64,000 nucleotides of DNA from positions 672,001-736,000 of the forward strand of contig OY782041.1 in the NCBI GenBank assembly GCA_963677595.1, in the 5' to 3' direction. The notes beneath the pieces are model-generated. The model was not told the DNA's origin, ran no database searches, and worked only from the letters and a program-made list of their open reading frames with translations. A program made the translations under genes and the position numbers. The stretch comes from Spirochaetia bacterium. GTDB taxonomy: Bacteria > Spirochaetota > Spirochaetia > CAKZLE01. This document shows, piece after piece, positions 44,183 through 53,510 of this stretch. Position 1 is the stretch's first letter, and every line of letters begins with the position of its first letter.

Positions 44183-45328
44183 ATGGGTGTTAATGCATTC
44201 TCGGTTCCACGAAATATGGTATATGGCGAGGGAGCCCTCGCAAAGCTTGCGGACCTTCAGGGGAAGAAGGCTGTCCTGGTCACAGGCGGATCTTCCATGA
44301 AGAAGTTCGGGTTCCTCGACACGGCAGTCAGCCACCTGCAGGAAGCCGGCATGGAGACGGCGATCATCGACGGCGTTGAGCCGAACCCTTCCGTGGAGAC
44401 AGTCAGGAGGGGCGCGAACGAGATGCTCGAGTTCAATCCCGACTGGATCGTAGCGATCGGCGGCGGTTCCGCCCTCGATGCGGCAAAGGTCATGTGGTGC
44501 TTCTATGAACACCCCGAACTCGAGTTCGAGGATATCATCACCCCGGGATCGATGCCGACCCTTCGGAACAAGGCGAAGTTCATCGCTGTCCCCTCGACGA
44601 GCGGCACCGCTTCCGAGATCACGGCATTCTCGGTCATCACCGACACGAAGGCCCATATCAAGTACCCTATCGTCTCAGGCGAGATGGTGCCTGACCTCGC
44701 GATCATCGACCCGGCACTGCCGAAGAAGATGCCTTCCTGGATCACGGCGAACACCGGGATGGATGTCATGGCCCATGCGGTAGAGGCTGTCGCATCAACT
44801 GCCGCAACCTCCTATACGACCCCTTATGCGGTAGAGGCGATCAAGCTCGTGTTCGAGAACCTCGAGAACGCGTACACCAACCCTGATGACATGGCTGCAC
44901 GGGATGCGATGCACAACGCATCGGCATTAGCAGGTATGGCCTTCACCAACGCCTCCCTCGGGCTCGTCCACTCCCTCGCCCACAAGATCGGCGGGGAGTT
45001 CGGCGTCACCCACGGGCTTGCCAATGCCATCCTGATGCCGTACATCATCGAGTACAACAGGCAGTTCACCGATGCATACGACAAGGTCGAGAAGACCCTG
45101 GGCATCGCGAACATCGCTGAAGCCGTCAGGGAGCTCAACGCGAAGCTTGGCATCCCGGCAACCTTCAAGGAGTGCGATGAGGTCGATTTCTCAGAGGCAA
45201 AGTTCACTGCCGTCCTCGACCGGATGAGCGCGAACGCCCTTGCCGACCCCTGCACGCTCACCAACCCCGGCACCCCGACCGTAGAGGATGTCAAAGCGAT
45301 CTACACGGTCGCCTACTATGGAACATGA
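44183..45328 (+). CDS. Iron-containing alcohol dehydrogenase (AdhA/Bdh-like)
   Basis: EPNPS, GGGSALD, PSTSGTASE, GMDVMAHAVE, HSLAHKIG, HGLAN. Confidence 0.93.
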   Translation: MGVNAFSVPRNMVYGEGALAKLADLQGKKAVLVTGGSSMKKFGFLDTAVSHLQEAGMETAIIDGVEPNPSVETVRRGANEMLEFNPDWIVAIGGGSALDAAKVMWCFYEHPELEFEDIITPGSMPTLRNKAKFIAVPSTSGTASEITAFSVITDTKAHIKYPIVSGEMVPDLAIIDPALPKKMPSWITANTGMDVMAHAVEAVASTAATSYTTPYAVEAIKLVFENLENAYTNPDDMAARDAMHNASALAGMAFTNASLGLVHSLAHKIGGEFGVTHGLANAILMPYIIEYNRQFTDAYDKVEKTLGIANIAEAVRELNAKLGIPATFKECDEVDFSEAKFTAVLDRMSANALADPCTLTNPGTPTVEDVKAIYTVAYYGT

Positions 45329-45388
45329 TTCATGCTGACCCCGAATCCCGCATGAATTAGAAATAATACAAGAGAATCCCATACCATT

Positions 45389-45424
45389 TCAGGGAGTATG
45401 ATAGCCATGCTCCCTGATCTTTTT
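45389..45424 (+). terminator. Intrinsic terminator after Fe-ADH
   Basis: TCAGGGAGTATG-ATAGC-CATGCTCCCTGA followed by TCTTTTT. Confidence 0.75.
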
Positions 45425-45526
45425 CTGCATCATCGATCCCTGCTGTCTTTCCAGGCTGCAGAATATTATCAGCGTAGTAGAGACAATTATCTTGCTAATC
45501 CAATGATTATTGATTACTCTTGTTCC

Positions 45527-46189
45527 ATGAATCTAAAAACAGGAAAGATCATATCGACCATCAAAGACCAGGTCTACGACGTGCTCAAGGAGAACATCGT
45601 GAGCGGCATCCTGCAGCCAGGAGAGCGGGTACAGGAGGTCCAGATCGCTGAACAGCTCCAGGTCAGCCGGTCCCCCGTACGGAATGCCATCAACCGCCTC
45701 GTCGGCGAGGGACTCCTCGAGAGCATTCCCAACAAGTGCGTATGCGTACGGCAGTTCACGGACCGTGAGATCATCGAATCCTATGAGTTCCGTCTGATCA
45801 TCGAGAGATACTCGATAGAGAAGGTCCTCGAGCACATGTCCCCTGAGATCGAGAAAGAACTCAGACGCTTCAAGAAGGAGTTCCTCACCTACTCCAGCTT
45901 CGACCAGCTGAAGTCCTGCCTCAGGACCGACACGGAATTCCACGACTATATCGTCACGGTCTCCGGCAACCATGTGATCAAGGAGGCGCTCGACAAGGTC
46001 TCCATGATGATCAGCCCCTTCAGGACCCTCGCCCTCTCGAGAGAGAAACGGTTCTATGAATCGGTAGAGGAACACACCGGGATCATCGATGCACTGCTCG
46101 ACAGGGACGAGCAGCAGGCTGAGGCATACTGCATCAGGCACCTCACTCGTGCGAAGGAAGAGATCCTCACCCATCTGACGAACCAGTAA
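45527..46189 (+). CDS. GntR family (FCD) transcriptional regulator
   Basis: LQPGERV...IAEQLQVSRSPVRNA HTH; FCD domain FHD...SGN...EEH. Confidence 0.92.
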   Translation: MNLKTGKIISTIKDQVYDVLKENIVSGILQPGERVQEVQIAEQLQVSRSPVRNAINRLVGEGLLESIPNKCVCVRQFTDREIIESYEFRLIIERYSIEKVLEHMSPEIEKELRRFKKEFLTYSSFDQLKSCLRTDTEFHDYIVTVSGNHVIKEALDKVSMMISPFRTLALSREKRFYESVEEHTGIIDALLDRDEQQAEAYCIRHLTRAKEEILTHLTNQ

Positions 46190-46233
46190 CCCGAAATAAC
46201 CAGCCAGCTGTCAAAACACTTCAAAGATTATGT

Positions 46234-46276
46234 TTGACATGCTCTCGTATCGATGTATAATGTATACATAGTACAT
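46234..46276 (+). promoter_or_regulatory. Consensus promoter (TTGACA-N16-TATAAT) with overlapping palindromic GntR-type operator
   Basis: ATGTATAATGTATACATAGTACAT (46253-46276), 20 of 24 positions self-complementary, core TGTATACA. Confidence 0.75.
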
Positions 46277-46292
46277 GATATATGGATGGTTT

Positions 46293-47576
46293 ATGAAGAA
46301 CATAGCATTGGCGTACGGCACCGGCACGATCGCGGTGAACGTACCGGAAGAGAATCTGGCAGCCGTACTGGAGATCCCTGAATCACACGGCAGTTCATCG
46401 AAGAGCGAGTCAGCGATCGTACAGGAATCACTGGCTGCGCCGATCGGGAGGGATCCCCTCTGGAAACTTGCCCAAGGCAAGGAACACATCGTAGTGGTCA
46501 CCAGCGACCATACCCGGGCGGTACCGAGCGGTATCACCATGCCCTTGATCCTTCAGGAGATCAGGAAGGGCAATCCCGCTGCTAAGGTCACGATCCTCAT
46601 CGCTACCGGCCTCCATCGGGGCATGACAGAGAACGAGATGAAGGACCGCTTCGGCGAGAAGGTCTTCGAGGAGGAGACCATCATCAACCATGATGCCTTC
46701 GACGAGACGGCTTTTATCAATCTCGGGACCCTTCCCTCGGGAAGCAGGTGCGAGATCAACCGGATCGCGATCGACTGCGACCTGCTCGTCGCCGAGGGGT
46801 TCATCGAACCCCACTTCTTCGCAGGCTTCTCCGGCGGCAGGAAGAGCATCCTCCCGGGGATCGCCTCCCAGGCCTGCGTGAACATCAACCACAGCGCAGA
46901 TGCGATCAAGCACCCGCTCTCAAGTACCGGGATCCTTGACGGGAACGTCATCCATGAGGATATGATCCGGGCAGCCGAGATGGCAGGGCTTGCGTTCATC
47001 CTGAACGTGCTGCTTGACGAGAACAAGAAGATCATCGAAGCCTACTGCGGGGATGTGGACCAGGCCCATCGTGCAGGGACTCACAGCCTCATGAACCGTT
47101 GCGGGGTACCGCAGGTCCCTGCAGACATCGTGATCACCTCCAACGGCGGCTACCCGCTCGACCAGAACCTCTACCAGTGCCCCAAAGGCCTTGACGCCGC
47201 CCTTGCCTGTGCTTCAGAGCAGGCTGTCATCATCCTGGCAGCTTCCTGCTCCGACGGCCTCGGGGGTGAGAACTTCGGCAAGCTGATGCTCTCAGCCCCA
47301 CCGGAGACACTCCTTAAGAACATCCTCGCCACCCCGCCCGAGCACACGATCTCTGAGCAGTGGTGCGCCCAGAGGTTCTCCGATGCCCTGCTGAAGCACC
47401 CGATCATCCTCGTCACCGACGGGATCGACCAGGCAACCGTAGAACAGATGAATTTCATATATGCCGCCTCCGCGGATGAGGCCCTGCAGAAAGCCTTCGC
47501 CCTCAAGGGTGAAGATGCCTCTGTGACCGTCATCCCCGATGGGGTCGGAGTCATTATAAGGAGACAGGAAGCATGA
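46293..47576 (+). CDS. larA: Nickel-pincer-dependent lactate racemase family (LarA homolog) racemase/epimerase
   Basis: SDHTR, ATGLHR, EPHFFAGFSGGRKS, NH, PLDQNLYQxxKG, VIPDG. Confidence 0.9.
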   Translation: MKNIALAYGTGTIAVNVPEENLAAVLEIPESHGSSSKSESAIVQESLAAPIGRDPLWKLAQGKEHIVVVTSDHTRAVPSGITMPLILQEIRKGNPAAKVTILIATGLHRGMTENEMKDRFGEKVFEEETIINHDAFDETAFINLGTLPSGSRCEINRIAIDCDLLVAEGFIEPHFFAGFSGGRKSILPGIASQACVNINHSADAIKHPLSSTGILDGNVIHEDMIRAAEMAGLAFILNVLLDENKKIIEAYCGDVDQAHRAGTHSLMNRCGVPQVPADIVITSNGGYPLDQNLYQCPKGLDAALACASEQAVIILAASCSDGLGGENFGKLMLSAPPETLLKNILATPPEHTISEQWCAQRFSDALLKHPIILVTDGIDQATVEQMNFIYAASADEALQKAFALKGEDASVTVIPDGVGVIIRRQEA

Positions 47577-47890
47577 GCGAAGAGATTCGAGCTATCAAGA
47601 ATCATGACATTGACAATGTCGCGACGTTATTCGGTACTGCAGAGGCAGGCAATATCGTCACCATCATGGACAAGGCAGGGAACAGTTCCACTGTCACGGT
47701 CCTCCAGGATATCCCGTACGGACACAAGATCGCCCTCACGGTCATAGCCGTCGGAGAACAGGTCACCAAGTATGGTGAGGAGATCGGCATCGCCACACAG
47801 GAGATCAAGGTGGGCGAGCATGTCCACGTGCAGAACATCGACAGCATCCGTGGACGCGGCGACTGGGACAAGGAAGGAGAGAACGCATGA
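47573..47890 (+). CDS. UxaA/GarD/SuyA family small subunit (SAF domain)
   Basis: DNVAT, IPYGHKIAL, KYGEEIG, GEHVHVQN. Confidence 0.9.
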   Translation: MSEEIRAIKNHDIDNVATLFGTAEAGNIVTIMDKAGNSSTVTVLQDIPYGHKIALTVIAVGEQVTKYGEEIGIATQEIKVGEHVHVQNIDSIRGRGDWDKEGENA

Positions 47891-49053
47891 GTGCAGCATT
47901 CAAGGGATACAAGCGTGCCGACGGGAGTGTCGGGGTACGGAACCATGTAGCGATCATTCCGTCAGTCGTCTGTGCAGATGAGGTCGTGGAGGCTATCGTC
48001 GCCAATACGGTCATGACCCAGGGGATCATCCATCACCAGGGATGCTGCCAGACACCGCCGGACCTCGAGAGGATCACCGACTGCCTCATCAAGATCGGGG
48101 AGAACCCTAATGTGGGGGCATCCCTCATCGTCAGCCTCGGCTGCGAGGGTGTCGATACCGACAGGCTCGAGGAAGCCCTGAAAGCAACCGGGAAGCCGGT
48201 CGAGCGGATCAACATCCAGGAACTCGGCGGCACCAGTGCCGCCATCCAGGCAGGGATCGACAAGGCACAGGAGCTCGTCTGCAGGATCTCGGACCAGCAG
48301 CGGACCGAGGCAGACATGTCGCAGTTCGTCATGGGCATCAAGTGCGGGGCTTCCGATACCACGTCGGGTGTCGCCTCGAACCCCGTTATCGGTTATGTGG
48401 CGGACAAGGTCGTCGATCTCGGCGGGACGGTCATCTTCGGAGAGACCACCGAGTTCATCGGGGCTGAACATATCCTTCAGAGAAGGGCCAAGGATGAGTT
48501 CGTGGCATCGGAGATCGGCAGGATCGTAGACGAGATGGAAGCACGGGCCAAGGCTATCGGTGTCGATATGAGGAAGGGCCAGCCTACCCCGGGGAACATC
48601 AAGGGAGGGCTGAGCACCATCGAGGAGAAATCTCTCGGGGCGATCGTGAAGTCGGGGACCAAGACCATCGAGGGCGTCATCGAGTATACCGAGGTCCCGA
48701 GGGGGAAAGGCCTCTGGATCAAGGACTCACCGGGACGTGAGATCGAACTGCTCTCAGGCATGGCTGTCGGGGGGGCACAGGTCATCCTCTTCTCGACCGG
48801 ACGCGGGGCACCCCAGGGCTTCCCGGTAGTTCCCGTCATCAAGATCTGCGGGAACCCGATCACCTACGACCGAATGAGCCATGATATGGACATCAATGCC
48901 GGGAGGGTCGTCACCGGGGAACGTTCGATCGAGGAGATCGGTGAGGAGGTCTTCGAGATGATGCTGCGTGTGGCATCGGGCGAGACCAGCAAGGGAGAGG
49001 CCATCAAGTACACCAAGTCGATGGACTTCTACTGCCTGGGACCGGTCATCTAG
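47887..49053 (+). CDS. UxaA/GarD/SuyB family dehydratase or sulfo-lyase large subunit
   Basis: GYKRADGSVGVRN, GCCQ, LGCE, KCGASD, ETTE, PTPGNIKGGLSTIEEKSLG, FSTGRG. Confidence 0.92.
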   Translation: MSAAFKGYKRADGSVGVRNHVAIIPSVVCADEVVEAIVANTVMTQGIIHHQGCCQTPPDLERITDCLIKIGENPNVGASLIVSLGCEGVDTDRLEEALKATGKPVERINIQELGGTSAAIQAGIDKAQELVCRISDQQRTEADMSQFVMGIKCGASDTTSGVASNPVIGYVADKVVDLGGTVIFGETTEFIGAEHILQRRAKDEFVASEIGRIVDEMEARAKAIGVDMRKGQPTPGNIKGGLSTIEEKSLGAIVKSGTKTIEGVIEYTEVPRGKGLWIKDSPGREIELLSGMAVGGAQVILFSTGRGAPQGFPVVPVIKICGNPITYDRMSHDMDINAGRVVTGERSIEEIGEEVFEMMLRVASGETSKGEAIKYTKSMDFYCLGPVI

Positions 49054-49137
49054 TTTCATGTATACTGGGGGTACCGACCCAGACACAGTGTGTGTGGTAC
49101 CCCTGTAAATAATTTACTCAAAAGGAGCGTATATAAG

Positions 49138-50517
49138 ATGGGTGATGTTAATGTTGTAAGAGTCATCATCGGGCTGATCATAGCAATCGGTGTCATACTC
49201 TATCTCGTCACGCGAACAAAGGTTCATGTCTTCCCTGCTATGATCATCGGTGCGGTAGCAGCAGGGTTGATCGCAGGTCTACCTTCCGCAACCGTGCTTG
49301 ACTCAATCAAGAGCGGCTTCGGGGGCACATTGGGTTCCATCGGTATCATCATCGGATTCGGTGTCATGATGGGAGCGATCTTCGAGGTGAGTGGGGCAGC
49401 CAAGCGTATGGCTATCACATTCATCAAGATCCTCGGGAAGGGGAAAGAAGATGTAGCGATGATGATCACAGGTTTCATCGTATCGATACCTGTCTTCTGC
49501 GACTCGGCTTTCGTTGTCCTTGCCCCTCTTGCGAAGTCTCTCTCGAGGAACACCGGCAGGTCATTGACCGCTATCACCTGTGCTCTTGGGACAGCACTCC
49601 TGGTTACCCATTCACTGATACCTCCAACACCAGGCCCCTTGGCTGTAGTCAGTTTCTTCGGGCTTGATATCGGAGTGTTCATGCTGTACAGTTTCATAGC
49701 TGCGATCCCAATAACCCTTGGCGGTCTTGCCTATTCCAAATGGGTCGGGAAGAAGCTCTTCAAACTCCCACATCCTAACGGAGACCCGATAGAGCTGATC
49801 GACAGACCCTATACCAAGGAAGAGCTCGCTGATTCCACACAGATCAATGAAGCAGAACTCCCGGGGACGTTCATCTCATTCGCCCCGATATTCATCCCGA
49901 TCCTCCTGATCCTGCTCAACACAGTCGGGAACATGGCTGGTTTCACCGGTACATTCAAATCAGTAGTCGCAACGATCGGTAACCCGATCGTAGCTGTCGG
50001 TATCGGTGTCCTGATCGCGATCTACGGTCTTGCAGGAAAGATGGATCGTAAAGAGGTCGTAGGGATCCTCGACCACTCCATCAAGGATGCAGGCATCATC
50101 GTGTTCGTCACTGGTGCAGGCGGGGCTCTCGGGGCAGTACTCAAGGCAAGCGGTGCCGGCGATGCGATCGCAGGGCTGCTCGTTGATGCCAATATCCCAG
50201 GGATCGTCCTTCCCTACCTCATGGCATTCCTCCTGAGAATCGTCACCGGTTCAGCAACCGTAGGGATGCTGACGGCAGGTTCAATATCAGCTCCTATCCT
50301 TCTGGCAATGCCCGGCGTGAATCCCTATATGGCCGGTCTTGCCTGCTGTATCGGATCGATCGGTATCACCAACCTTCATGACAGTTACTTCTGGGTCGTT
50401 AACAGGACAACCGGTCTTACTGACGTCAAAGAGATGCTGTGGCACTGGTTCGGGGCAGTCCTCTCACTCTCCGCAGTCGGTGTTGTTGTACTGTTTGTCA
50501 TGAACGCTATTCTCTAA
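49138..50517 (+). CDS. GntP family (gluconate:H+ symporter-like) permease
   Basis: GFGGTLG, SIPVFCDS, IPPTPGP, GSATV, DSYFWVV. Confidence 0.92.
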   Translation: MGDVNVVRVIIGLIIAIGVILYLVTRTKVHVFPAMIIGAVAAGLIAGLPSATVLDSIKSGFGGTLGSIGIIIGFGVMMGAIFEVSGAAKRMAITFIKILGKGKEDVAMMITGFIVSIPVFCDSAFVVLAPLAKSLSRNTGRSLTAITCALGTALLVTHSLIPPTPGPLAVVSFFGLDIGVFMLYSFIAAIPITLGGLAYSKWVGKKLFKLPHPNGDPIELIDRPYTKEELADSTQINEAELPGTFISFAPIFIPILLILLNTVGNMAGFTGTFKSVVATIGNPIVAVGIGVLIAIYGLAGKMDRKEVVGILDHSIKDAGIIVFVTGAGGALGAVLKASGAGDAIAGLLVDANIPGIVLPYLMAFLLRIVTGSATVGMLTAGSISAPILLAMPGVNPYMAGLACCIGSIGITNLHDSYFWVVNRTTGLTDVKEMLWHWFGAVLSLSAVGVVVLFVMNAIL

Positions 50518-50554
50518 TCAGCTTCAGGATGCGATTGTATAGCTTGTAGGAGCT

Positions 50555-50582
50555 GCCGGACCGGTCAACAGATCGGTCCGGT
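50555..50582. terminator. Hairpin between convergent gntP and hydrogenase operon
   Basis: GCCGGACCGGTC-AACA-GATCGGTCCGGT followed by CTTTG. Confidence 0.6.
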
Positions 50583-50593
50583 CTTTGTATCCC

Positions 50594-52000
50594 CTAAGCG
50601 AATTTCCGCTTCGTCAGCCGCGGGTCGGCGATGCAGCCGGGCCCCCCAATGCAGCCTTCCTCACAGCACATGACCTCTATGAGGTCAGCCTCGGGGGGAC
50701 GCTTCTCCCAGGTCTTCATCAGCCTGATGGTCTTCCTGTCCAGCCCCTGGATACTCATGATCCTAAGATCGCCAGCATCCCCAAGATGGTCAGTGATAGC
50801 CCCGCCTACCCCGCCAGCGGCGGCGAATCTCCTTGGCAGCTTCCCGAACGTACCGTAGGTGTCCTCGATCTCCTGCGTGTCGATATCCTCAGCGACGAAG
50901 AAGGCAGCCAGCTCCTCGAAGGTGAGCACGGTATCGACATAGGGGTCCTCAGCCCCCTCCTGCTTCTTGGCTATGCAGGGACCGATGAAGACCGTGAAGG
51001 TCCCGGGGACATCCTGCTTCGCCTGCTCTGCCGAATAAGACATGGGGCTCCGGGTATGGGAGACGTGCCCCATCAGTTCCGGTATGTGCCGCTCGACACT
51101 CGATACATAGGCACTGCAGCAGGAGGTAGTCATATAGTTCCCGGCTGCCTTGTTCTCGAGCAGTTCCGCAGCCTCATGCTCGACGGTCAGCTGTGCACCC
51201 TGCGCGACCTCTATGACCTGGTCGAAGCCCAGCTCCTTCAAGCCGGAGAGGATCTGTCCGAGGGTCCCCGGGAACTGCCCGTCGATCGATGGGGCAACTA
51301 ACGCAGTGGTATGCTGTGTACCGCTCAGCCGCTTCGCCACATCGAGGATCTGGGACCGCTCGACGATCGCCCCGAAGGGGCAGGCCCGTGAACAGCGTCC
51401 ACAGTCGATACAGGCCTCACGGTCGATCTGGACCTGGCCGTAGTCGTCCTTGCTGATCGCCCCCACCGGACAGACATCCTCACAGGGAACGGGTAGGTAG
51501 TTGATCGCGCTGAAGGGGCAGACGTTTCGGCACTTCCCGCAGTTGACGCACTTCTCCTCATCTATGAAGGCACGGTTCCCCTGGAAGCTGATCGCATCCT
51601 TGGGACAGTTCGTCTTGCAGGGTCTTGCCAGACATCCCCGGCAGAGCTCGGTGACCTGGTACTTGCTCTTCGTACAGGAGCTGCAGCCCCCCTTGATCAC
51701 GGTCAGGATAGGAAACGGCCTGACTGGTCCTGCTGCAAGTGCGGCTCCCGCATAGCTGCTCAAGGGTGTGTACTCATCATCCTCGGTCTCGAGTTCGACG
51801 CCCATCAGGGATAGCAACCGGCTCCTGATCATAGCCCGATCCTTGTAGACACAGCATCGGGAATGGTCATGGTCCCGAGGGATCATCGCCACCGGGATAC
51901 GGTCTATCCCCGTTTCCAACTCCCCGGCGAAATAGAGCCTGAGGACAGTCGTTGCCAACTCCCGCCTTAGGTAGGTGTATTGGTTCTTCTGTGTCAGCAT
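50594..52000 (-). CDS. Monomeric ferredoxin-type [FeFe]-hydrogenase (group B / HfsD-like)
   Basis: Multiple CxxCxxCxxxCP clusters; H-cluster motifs TSCCS, GPCIAKKQE, EVMCCEEGCIGG. Confidence 0.88.
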   Translation of the reverse strand: MLTQKNQYTYLRRELATTVLRLYFAGELETGIDRIPVAMIPRDHDHSRCCVYKDRAMIRSRLLSLMGVELETEDDEYTPLSSYAGAALAAGPVRPFPILTVIKGGCSSCTKSKYQVTELCRGCLARPCKTNCPKDAISFQGNRAFIDEEKCVNCGKCRNVCPFSAINYLPVPCEDVCPVGAISKDDYGQVQIDREACIDCGRCSRACPFGAIVERSQILDVAKRLSGTQHTTALVAPSIDGQFPGTLGQILSGLKELGFDQVIEVAQGAQLTVEHEAAELLENKAAGNYMTTSCCSAYVSSVERHIPELMGHVSHTRSPMSYSAEQAKQDVPGTFTVFIGPCIAKKQEGAEDPYVDTVLTFEELAAFFVAEDIDTQEIEDTYGTFGKLPRRFAAAGGVGGAITDHLGDAGDLRIMSIQGLDRKTIRLMKTWEKRPPEADLIEVMCCEEGCIGGPGCIADPRLTKRKFA

Positions 52001-52317
52001 GTGTCCCTCCTCCCGGTCGTCAGGTCAAGGACGTCCTTCAGGATCGCATCCGCGATCTTCCCGATAGTCGCCTCCCCGACAAGCACTCCGTCGATCACCA
52101 CGAACGGGGGCCTCATCCCCGGGAGCCGGCAGTGACCGGTACAGTTCTTTCCCTTGATCCTGACAGCACGATCGATATCGTCTCTCGTCAGGCCATACTC
52201 CTGCCATCGGGCCTCAAGCTCATCCCCGAGGAGCAGCAGTTCTGCTCCTCCCATGACGAAGCATGCCGTCCCGGTGCAGATCTCAACGGTGACTGGTTCC
52301 ATGGTCTCTTCTCCCAT
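51994..52317 (-). CDS. Thioredoxin-like [2Fe-2S] ferredoxin (NuoE C-terminal-like)
   Basis: ICTGTACFVMG...CTGHC...PPFVVIDG. Confidence 0.85.
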   Translation of the reverse strand: MGEETMEPVTVEICTGTACFVMGGAELLLLGDELEARWQEYGLTRDDIDRAVRIKGKNCTGHCRLPGMRPPFVVIDGVLVGEATIGKIADAILKDVLDLTTGRRDTC

Positions 52318-53510
52318 CAGATATATTCTATAGACGTCTCTTTCATATAGACATCTTCCAGCACGTTCCTGATCCGCTGGATGATCGTTCTCCGTATCCC
52401 GATATCGAAGGGGATGTTCGGGTCCTGGTGCGCCTCGTTGATCTTCGTACCGACCAGGAAGAAGACCCGATCACTGGCATGCAGCAGTTCGAGATACGAA
52501 CGTACTGCATGTCCCGGGAGCCCCTCCGTGGGGGTCTGCTCCTCGAGTTCACGGGCTACCTGGTTGAGCGTAAGCATCCCCTCCGTGACCAGGTCGGCAC
52601 CTTTCATCGTCGAGGCGGGCGGTATATCAGGGGTCCAGCTAGACAGGTCCACCTGGACGTCGCGATCCAGTTCCCGGGCGAAGATCTGGGCGGTGGTACC
52701 GCCGGAGACGATCTTCCTGCCGTCGAACTGCATGACCTTCTCCACGAGCCGCCTGTCCTGTCCCGGGTCGATCGGAGGACCGGTGGCGATGATCAGGTCC
52801 CGCGGCTGCCGGACCGTGATGACCGCACAGGTGATGTCATCCTTCGGAACCCCGTCATCGAGACTCCGTGCCTTGCGTATCACGCTGTTGGCGAGCTCCT
52901 TCGATGAGATCCCGGGGGTATCCTGCAGCACCTTCTCCACGAACTCACCCACACCGCTGCGTCTCCACCCGAGGGGGTACCGGGCTGTTCCCAACCCTGC
53001 CTGGGTCACCCCGTCGGTGAATATGACGAGACGGTCATGGTTCGAGAGGGCAAGAGCTGATGTGTAGATATGCTCATCCTTGAACGCCCGTTCCCGCTCC
53101 AGGGTCATCCGCTGTTTCGGTACGAGCCGTCCCTCACTCCCCCTGAACAGCAGGGCTGACGGGTTGTCATACTCGGTGAGCTGGACGGTGACTTCCTTCG
53201 TACCGTTGAACTCCAGTGTCGCGATCGTGAAGGTCGCATAGCTGATCTTCCGTTCACGGCAGACCGGGAGGGTGTTCATGATGATCTCCGCGGAGTGTTC
53301 CGCATCCAGCGGGCTGAACGAGAGTTTCTCCGCCATATGGGCGGTGAGGTTGGCCAGCACGTTCGCCTTCACCCCGCTCCCGAGCCCGTCAGAGAGGGTG
53401 CAGACGATCCTGGAACGTTCAGGGTTCCTCGAGGAGAGGAAGACATCCCCGCCTATGCGCTGCCTATGCTTGTAGAACTGGGCATAGTCCACATCCACCA
53501 CATATCTCAT
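52317..53510 (-). CDS. SpoIIE/PP2C-family protein phosphatase (HfsC-like)
   Basis: GDVF, LSDGLGSGVKAN, FTDGV, KDDITC. Confidence 0.88.
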   Translation of the reverse strand: MRYVVDVDYAQFYKHRQRIGGDVFLSSRNPERSRIVCTLSDGLGSGVKANVLANLTAHMAEKLSFSPLDAEHSAEIIMNTLPVCRERKISYATFTIATLEFNGTKEVTVQLTEYDNPSALLFRGSEGRLVPKQRMTLERERAFKDEHIYTSALALSNHDRLVIFTDGVTQAGLGTARYPLGWRRSGVGEFVEKVLQDTPGISSKELANSVIRKARSLDDGVPKDDITCAVITVRQPRDLIIATGPPIDPGQDRRLVEKVMQFDGRKIVSGGTTAQIFARELDRDVQVDLSSWTPDIPPASTMKGADLVTEGMLTLNQVARELEEQTPTEGLPGHAVRSYLELLHASDRVFFLVGTKINEAHQDPNIPFDIGIRRTIIQRIRNVLEDVYMKETSIEYI

